Shown here piece by piece: positions 58,118 to 64,000 of a stretch of 64,000 nucleotides of DNA (the first letter of the stretch is position 1; the number at the start of each line of letters is the position of its first letter). The stretch spans positions 12,100 to 76,099 of the forward strand of contig CAYTMJ010000006.1 in the NCBI GenBank assembly GCA_964438895.1. Reading direction: 5' to 3'. The translations under genes were made by a program, and so were the position numbers. The DNA is from an uncultured Syntrophobacterales bacterium (lineage in GTDB: Bacteria; Desulfobacterota; Binatia; UBA9968; JAJDTQ01). The notes under the pieces were generated by a model, which made no database searches, was not told the origin of the DNA, and was given only the letters and a program-made list of their open reading frames with translations.

Positions 58118-58654
58118 CTACTCCTTTTTCGCTTCCCTTAATGAACGCACGGACTGGACACAGCTGAGCCGGTCGATGAGTTCCCTATGCTGGGGGTAAT
58201 GTTCGAGCAGGTCCTTACTAGAAGGAATTTCGAAGTCGGCGAAGTCGAAACCCGGGACGCAAGTGCAACCAACGAGAGCGTAACCTTCACCGCCTTCCAA
58301 GGTGGCGCCAAACAGGGCACCGCCGGGCACCAGTGCCTGCAGGGACTGGCCCGCGTCTGGATTGGGGCCCATTCGAATGGGAGAGTAGTTCCCTTCACTA
58401 TCGATGACATGCACCATAAGGGCTGCGCCTACGTAGAAGTGCCACAGTTCATCCTGCCGGATTCGGTGCAACACAGAGACTTCATCGTCCTGGAGCAGAA
58501 AGTAGATAGAGGTACCGAGGTTGCGGGGACCAACGTAACGACCCAACAACTCACCGGGCACGGCTACGGGAGACCGGTAGATCTCCTTAAAGTGACCACC
58601 TTCGGGGTGTAATTGGAGTCCGAGGTGTTCGATCCAGTAAGCGGCGTCACGCAT
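58118..58654 (-). CDS. Cupin-domain protein (DUF985-like)
   Basis: MRDAAYWIEHLGLQLHPEGGHFKE... cupin pattern. Start at 58654. Confidence 0.55.
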   Translation of the reverse strand: MRDAAYWIEHLGLQLHPEGGHFKEIYRSPVAVPGELLGRYVGPRNLGTSIYFLLQDDEVSVLHRIRQDELWHFYVGAALMVHVIDSEGNYSPIRMGPNPDAGQSLQALVPGGALFGATLEGGEGYALVGCTCVPGFDFADFEIPSSKDLLEHYPQHRELIDRLSCVQSVRSLREAKKE

Positions 58655-58791
58655 CACAAATTCTCGGCGATCCCTACGACCAATCTGTCGTGCGCCCACG
58701 CTGGCTCAGCCCCTTCCCAAGAAACTCGCACCGTCACCAGCGTGAGCCTGAATAAGGTTGCAGGAAGGCAAGGGACCGCGTTTGCGCGGTG

Positions 58792-59949
58792 TCACCCGGT
58801 GGCGTGCAAAGGCCGCCGCCAGAGCGCCAAGTCGCCGCCCTCACCGGAGCGATACCGATCCAACACCTCGGGATCCAGAGTCACCCCTAGACCGGGGCGG
58901 TCCGGAGGGTACATGAAGCCGCCTTCGGGTTCTAAGGATTCCTGCAACAGACCGCTACGAAGCGGATTCTCGTTGTAATCAAACTCCATAACCGAGCTGT
59001 TGTCTATCGCGGCAGCCAGATGCAGACTAGCAGCTAGGGCAATTCCATCGCCATATGTATGGAGCGAAACCGCTAAGCCATGTTCGGCCGCCAGTGCAGC
59101 AATGGCACGCACCTCGCTGATGCCACCGGCCCGGGCCACATCAGGCTGCAGAACGTCGACAGCGTCCCGAGCCATGAACGCTTCGAAAGCAAAACGGGTA
59201 TGAAGATTTTCTCCTAGGGCCACGGGCACGCTAGAGCGGGCCTTGAGCCGCGCATGGCCAACCACATCTTCCATGAACAGGGGCTCCTCCAGCCATTTTA
59301 CGTCAAGCTGTTCGAATGCAGTCGCAGCAGCTAGCGCGACGTCAAACTCATACCCCATATTGGCATCGGTCATTAGCGGGAAATCTGGTCCCAGGGCTGA
59401 CCGTACAGCACCCACAATTTCAATATCCCGGGCTAGGTCGAAGCCTACCTTGATCTTGATACCGCGAAAACCGTAGGCTGCTAGCGTTCTCGCTTTCTCC
59501 ACAACCACTTGCGTCTCTTCGGGATAGAGAGCGGTTGCGTACACCTCGACCTGGTCTCGGCATTTGCCACCCAACAACTCGTACACCGGCATACCCTTCG
59601 CCTTGCCAACAATATCCCATAGGGCGATGTCTACACCGCTAAGCGCTACCACCCCTACGCCCCTAGAGCCAAAAGCGCGGACCCCGCCTCGGAAATAAGC
59701 CTTGTCCCAAACCTCGTCAATCGCCAGAGGATCCATACCAATAAGTAGCGGTTTGAGAACCCGTTCTATAATGCACTCCAGCACCGTTCCATTCCCAGAG
59801 CATGAACCAATGCCGGTGATCCCCGCATCAGTATGAACCTCTACGAGGAGGCCATAGCGGTGAGTTCGCACACCCGTACGACTTTCTACCTGTCCATAGG
59901 TACCGAGGGGGGCGCGCAGTCGTAACGTCCTTATATCCGTAATCTTCAT
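58792..59949 (-). CDS. Enolase-superfamily enzyme (mandelate racemase/muconate-lactonising enzyme family; acid-sugar-dehydratase-like)
   Basis: Capping domain plus a TIM barrel with KxK and D/E/D metal ligands (...IKIKVG...DANMGY...LEEP...). Confidence 0.85.
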   Translation of the reverse strand: MKITDIRTLRLRAPLGTYGQVESRTGVRTHRYGLLVEVHTDAGITGIGSCSGNGTVLECIIERVLKPLLIGMDPLAIDEVWDKAYFRGGVRAFGSRGVGVVALSGVDIALWDIVGKAKGMPVYELLGGKCRDQVEVYATALYPEETQVVVEKARTLAAYGFRGIKIKVGFDLARDIEIVGAVRSALGPDFPLMTDANMGYEFDVALAAATAFEQLDVKWLEEPLFMEDVVGHARLKARSSVPVALGENLHTRFAFEAFMARDAVDVLQPDVARAGGISEVRAIAALAAEHGLAVSLHTYGDGIALAASLHLAAAIDNSSVMEFDYNENPLRSGLLQESLEPEGGFMYPPDRPGLGVTLDPEVLDRYRSGEGGDLALWRRPLHATG

Positions 59950-60264
59950 TCAAGTCCCTACGCCTTTCTAGAAACGGGGTAGCCATCACAGTCCCGTAAA
60001 CAACCAGAGGCCGAGGCAGTCTTGACACCGAAGTACGGGGTCTCATAGATTCGTTAACAAACTATGAGTCCTTTCTAGGCCGCCTAGAGGAGAACCAACT
60101 GGCAAACCAAACCTAATCGATGTCGACGGGCACGTGCAAGACAAGTACACTCGCTGGAGCGACTTCCCTATGTTGAAAGATAGGCTCTGGTCTAAGCGCG
60201 TACCATCTCTACCACCTTTGATTCCGCCGCCTTCCGGCGCTACACGTCAGTATCCGGAGTAACC

Positions 60265-61290
60265 ATGCAAAGCAACAAAGTATGTATCCCAGCACCGCAC
60301 AAGCTCTCGGTGGGAAGGGACGTGCTCAAAAATGCGGGTTGCGAGCTGGTACTAGGAAAGGACCAGGATGAATTTCCGAAACACCGCTATTCCGAAGACG
60401 AACTGGTAGAGCTCGCCGGCGACAGTGACGTCATCTGGGCAGCCCAGCGAGATATCTTCAACAGCGCGGTGTTAGCCCGATGTCCGAACGTCCGAGCAGT
60501 GATCAAGGCCGCCATCGGCTACGAGACCATCGACGTAACCGCCGCTACCGAACTCGGTATCCTAGTGTGCAACAGCCCGGCGCGAGAAAACTTCACCGGT
60601 GTCGCGGAAGCGACCGTTGGACTTATATCCATGCTATTCAAGCGCCTAGCGCACAACCAACAGCTCCTTCACGAAGGCCGATGGAAACGCAACGAACATC
60701 GGGGCGATTTGATGGCCGGCCGAACCATCGGCATCATAGGACTAGGCCGGGTGGGCAAGGAGACTGCTAAGCGGCTCGGCCCCTGGGAGATGCGGCTTAT
60801 CGCCTACGATCCCTATCTTGCCCAGGAGTCCGTGCAGGGCCTAGGAGTGGAGTTAGTATCGCTGAACACCGTTCTGCGGGAATCAGATCTCGTAACTTGC
60901 CATACGCCGCTCACAGAGGAGACGCGCCAACTCATCACCATTACCGAGCTCAAGAAGATGAAACCCACCGCGTACCTGGTTAATACCTCCCGCGGGGGAG
61001 TCATAAAACAGGCGGACCTAGTACACGCTTTGAACGAACGCATCATTGCCGGCGCGGCCCTAGATGTATTCGAGGAAGAGCCTTTACCCATGTCGGACCC
61101 TATCCGAAAGGTCCCCCTTGACCGGTTGATCATGACACCTCATATCATCGGCACCAACCCACAGTCGCAGGTCTCCGGGGAACGCATCGCTGCCCAAAGT
61201 ATTCTTTCAGTGTTAGCGGGACAGGTGCCGGATACGGTAGTAAACGCAGCTTGCGTGGCTGCCTGGAGGGAACGGTTCGCCGTCAGTTAG
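60265..61290 (+). CDS. D-isomer-specific 2-hydroxyacid dehydrogenase (PGDH-like), NAD-dependent
   Basis: GIIGLGRVGKETAKR Rossmann fold. Catalytic R, E and H in the C-terminal region. Confidence 0.85.
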   Translation: MQSNKVCIPAPHKLSVGRDVLKNAGCELVLGKDQDEFPKHRYSEDELVELAGDSDVIWAAQRDIFNSAVLARCPNVRAVIKAAIGYETIDVTAATELGILVCNSPARENFTGVAEATVGLISMLFKRLAHNQQLLHEGRWKRNEHRGDLMAGRTIGIIGLGRVGKETAKRLGPWEMRLIAYDPYLAQESVQGLGVELVSLNTVLRESDLVTCHTPLTEETRQLITITELKKMKPTAYLVNTSRGGVIKQADLVHALNERIIAGAALDVFEEEPLPMSDPIRKVPLDRLIMTPHIIGTNPQSQVSGERIAAQSILSVLAGQVPDTVVNAACVAAWRERFAVS

Positions 61291-61370
61291 GATGTCAGCG
61301 GCTGCTCCCAGCGAGATTTTCAAGGAACCACTTCAGGGCCGATGCCCGATTGAATAGATTGGAGGAAACT

Positions 61371-62189
61371 GTGTCGAACAAGGAAACCATCATCGAAGAG
61401 ATCTCCGAGGAAACAGGTGTTGCTTGGATCACTCTCAATCGACCAGAGCGAAAAAACGCACTGAGCCGAAAACTGCTAACGGAGTTAGCGGACAGCCTCA
61501 AGGCCCTATCGCTGAACGACAACATCCGCTGTATCGTCACTACTGGGGCCGGCAACGCGTACAGTTCGGGGCTGGACCTATACGACTTGCGATCTTCTTG
61601 GGAAGGAAAACGCCGGCTCTACCACGACACTTCGGCAAGAGAAATCGTTACGCTGCTGCGCCAGGCCCCTCAAGTCACCGTGGCCGCCGTTAACGGTTGG
61701 GCGTTAGGAGGCGGACTCGTACTCGTGAACGGTCACGACCTAGCCATCGCCGCGGACACAGCACAGTTCGGCATGCCGGAGATTATCCGGGGGAGTTACG
61801 GCTCCACCGCCACGCCCACCCTCTTTCGAAGCGGAATCCCATTTAAGAAAGCGTTTTACATACAGCTCACCGGAGAAAACATCGGCGGGGCAGAAGCCGA
61901 ACGCCTAGGCCTAGTATCAAAGACTGTAAAAGAAAAGGAGCTGATACCCTTTGTCCGGGAGTTTACCACCACCATCGCTACGCGGCAGGCAGCGACACTG
62001 GAGCATGCCAAAATTGCCGCCTACACGGCCATGGACCTCGATAACCAGCGCGGGCTCCTTGTGGACGAGATCATCTCCCACCGCATGCGCGTCTACACCA
62101 ATCCGCTAAACGATGTCGAGGGCTACCTTCAGTCCCAAAAGGGCGGTGGGAACGTAAGTTATGAGAAGCCTGACGAAAAGAAATCATAG
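61371..62189 (+). CDS. Enoyl-CoA hydratase/isomerase (crotonase) family protein
   Basis: GTG start after GGAGG. ...TGAGNAYSSGLDL... oxyanion-hole motif. Confidence 0.8.
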   Translation: MSNKETIIEEISEETGVAWITLNRPERKNALSRKLLTELADSLKALSLNDNIRCIVTTGAGNAYSSGLDLYDLRSSWEGKRRLYHDTSAREIVTLLRQAPQVTVAAVNGWALGGGLVLVNGHDLAIAADTAQFGMPEIIRGSYGSTATPTLFRSGIPFKKAFYIQLTGENIGGAEAERLGLVSKTVKEKELIPFVREFTTTIATRQAATLEHAKIAAYTAMDLDNQRGLLVDEIISHRMRVYTNPLNDVEGYLQSQKGGGNVSYEKPDEKKS

Positions 62190-62203
62190 GGACAGGAACC
62201 GAC

Positions 62204-64000
62204 ATGACAGAGAATCGACTAGAAGACCCGGCAAGCACAAAGAGTGCCCCACGATTGCTGGCGGGTTATCGGGCATTGGATCTCACGGACCGGAAGGGCC
62301 AGCTATGTGGCCGGATGCTGGCAGACCTCGGGGTGGACGTCCTTAAACTCGCGTCGCCGGACGGCGACCCGCTTCGGACGGCACCTCCTTATGTGGGTGA
62401 CACGAGCCTAGCGTTTGCCCATCTCAACGCCAACAAGCGCACCCACGAGTTGGACCTCCAAATCTCGGAGCACCGAGACAGGTTACGGGAGTTGGTGGTC
62501 CAGGCCGACATCCTCATCGAAAGCGGTGCCGCGGGCGGACTGGCTGAGCTTGACCTTGGTTACGAGCAACTCCGGAAGATCAACCCAACCCTCGTCATGG
62601 CATCAATCACTGGCTTTGGGCAGTGGGGTCCCTACAGCAAACTTGCGTACAACGACCTTGTGGTATTCGCCATGTGCGGACTTATGTCCATCTCAGGCGA
62701 TCCGGATAGACCCCCGTGTGCGCCGCCCGAGACCCAAGCCTACTATTTCGGAAGCCTCGTGGCAGCGCTGGGCATAGTGGCCACACTACATCGCCGGGAG
62801 CTTACCGGAACCGGCGACTGGATCGACGTGTCCATGCAGGAAGCCTTAGCCACACAGGAGCACATGATCCGCCTCTACGCTAACGAGAAGGAGGTCCACA
62901 TTCGCGCCGGCAGTCAACATCAACACGTAGCGCCAGCCCGGATCTTTCCATGCCGGGACGGATACGTCTACCTCTACGTCAGCCGCCAACACTGGCAAAG
63001 ATTTTTGGAGATTTGGCCCGATCATCCCAAGGAATTTGATGCTCCAGAATACCTCAACAACCTTTTTCGGCGAACGCATGCGGACGTCATCAACCCCGCG
63101 GTGAATGATTTCACCCGACAGTATTCAATGGAGGACTTGACGCGCCGGCTCCAATCCAACCGCATACCATGCCTACCGGTGAACCGGCCACTAGGTTTTC
63201 TCCGTGACGCGCACGTAGAAGGACGACACTTCGTGCAGAAGGTCCTCTATCCGAATGGAACGTCGTTGATACAACCGGCCCTGCCTTGCCTTTTCAACGG
63301 ATTACGCCCGGAAGTGATAGCCCCACAAACTATTGCTCCGGATGCTGTAGATGTCTGGACCTCGCCAAGAAACCCCGATGAGGCCGAGCGTCCCAGCGGA
63401 GATAAGATTAACGCAGATTTCCAGCGGCTGCCGCTGGAAGGAATGCGAATATTGAGCTTCGATCACGTGCTTGCCGGTCCTTTTGGTATGATGCTGCTCG
63501 CAGACCTAGGTGCAGAGGTGATCAAGGTGGAATCGAGTAAGGGCGGGCTTGATCCTTTTCGCTTTTTTGGCACTGGAGACGACCCCAACGCATCAGCCCG
63601 TTTCCTAGAATTTAACCGGAATAAGCGCTCCGTAGCGATTAACCTCAAGCATCCTGAGGGACCCGACCTGATCCGGGAACTGGCCCTACACTGTGATCTG
63701 GTGCTGGACAACTTCGCGGCAAGGGTCATGCCTGGCCTCGGCCTCGACTATGAGCACTTGGTAGAGCACAAATCCGACATCGTAACCCTGCGGATGCCGG
63801 GACTCGGCGCTACCGGCCCCAAGAAAGACTCCCTCACACTAGGTACCATTATCACAGCGTTCACCGGCTTCACGTGGCTATGGAAAGAATCCCCACCAGC
63901 AGACCCACCGGTGGGATCCGGCACCGTTCTTCCGGACTACGTATCCGGCGTCATAGCGGCAATCCTGTCAGTAGCAGCGACCCTCTACCGCCGGCGAACC
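62204..64000 (+). CDS. Family III CoA-transferase (CaiB/BaiF-like) with two tandem domains. Partial: it continues past the window end.
   Basis: ATG at 62204. The first domain begins ...LAGYRALDLTDRKGQ...LADLGVDV... The second begins ...MRILSFDHVLAGPFGMMLLADLGAEVIKVES... No stop codon before 64000. Confidence 0.7.
   Translation, partial: MTENRLEDPASTKSAPRLLAGYRALDLTDRKGQLCGRMLADLGVDVLKLASPDGDPLRTAPPYVGDTSLAFAHLNANKRTHELDLQISEHRDRLRELVVQADILIESGAAGGLAELDLGYEQLRKINPTLVMASITGFGQWGPYSKLAYNDLVVFAMCGLMSISGDPDRPPCAPPETQAYYFGSLVAALGIVATLHRRELTGTGDWIDVSMQEALATQEHMIRLYANEKEVHIRAGSQHQHVAPARIFPCRDGYVYLYVSRQHWQRFLEIWPDHPKEFDAPEYLNNLFRRTHADVINPAVNDFTRQYSMEDLTRRLQSNRIPCLPVNRPLGFLRDAHVEGRHFVQKVLYPNGTSLIQPALPCLFNGLRPEVIAPQTIAPDAVDVWTSPRNPDEAERPSGDKINADFQRLPLEGMRILSFDHVLAGPFGMMLLADLGAEVIKVESSKGGLDPFRFFGTGDDPNASARFLEFNRNKRSVAINLKHPEGPDLIRELALHCDLVLDNFAARVMPGLGLDYEHLVEHKSDIVTLRMPGLGATGPKKDSLTLGTIITAFTGFTWLWKESPPADPPVGSGTVLPDYVSGVIAAILSVAATLYRRRT

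Noticed and set aside
1-64000. CRISPR arrays, IS elements/transposases, integrases, rRNA
   Set aside because: I saw no regularly spaced short direct repeats, no transposase- or integrase-like ORFs and no rRNA-like stretches. The only repeats found are the ADH duplication, the LysM-encoding repeat and a short GGTGGC microsatellite.

Overview
This window reads as ordinary chromosomal DNA from a high-GC bacterium (about 60% GC by eye) with tightly packed genes. I count about 58 protein-coding genes and one tRNA. I found no transposase, integrase, CRISPR array or rRNA.

Layout on the + strand, 5' to 3':
- 1-1007 (-): N-terminal part of argS.
- 1198-6397 (-): a three-gene operon of a fused FAD/Fe-S 2-hydroxyacid oxidase (Dld-II-like), a ThrC-like PLP enzyme and an LLM flavin oxidoreductase.
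- 6707-7462 (-): family-5-like uracil-DNA glycosylase.
- 7844-14978 (+): two complex-II-type clusters in tandem. The first is a flavoprotein lacking the covalent-FAD histidine, an FrdB-like subunit and an HdrB/SdhE-like CCG subunit. The second is a canonical membrane anchor, SdhA and SdhB.
- 15021-17572 (+): SDR reductase and a split transketolase.
- 17983-30880 (-): one long minus-strand block. It runs rplI, DUF2232, rpsR, rpsF, H+-PPase, pth, rplY, prs, tRNA-Gln, spoVG, ispE, two tandem paralogous Zn-alcohol dehydrogenases, a UbiD decarboxylase and an amidohydrolase-2 decarboxylase.
- 31250-35527: LLM oxidoreductase, VOC protein, glutathione-reductase-like enzyme, a c-type cytochrome lipoprotein and a membrane protein.
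- 35626-37842 (-): a family-B (Pol II-like) DNA polymerase homologue whose exonuclease motifs are intact but whose polymerase motifs are degenerate.
- 37940-44207: PAC2-family protein and the hemA-hemX-hemC-hemD-hemB cluster.
- 44318-51834 (-): LysM lytic transglycosylase, cupin, and a GldA/GldF-GldG-like ABC system.
- 52031-57901 (+): the lexA-imuA-imuB-dnaE2 SOS mutagenesis cassette.
- 58118-64000: an acyl-CoA-type metabolic cluster ending in a partial tandem-domain CoA-transferase.

The most unusual element is the Pol II-like protein with degenerate polymerase motifs. Other points worth a second look are the paired complex-II clusters, mosaic gene conversion between the two alcohol-dehydrogenase paralogs, and an apparently leaderless lexA whose -10 element overlaps a perfect palindrome.
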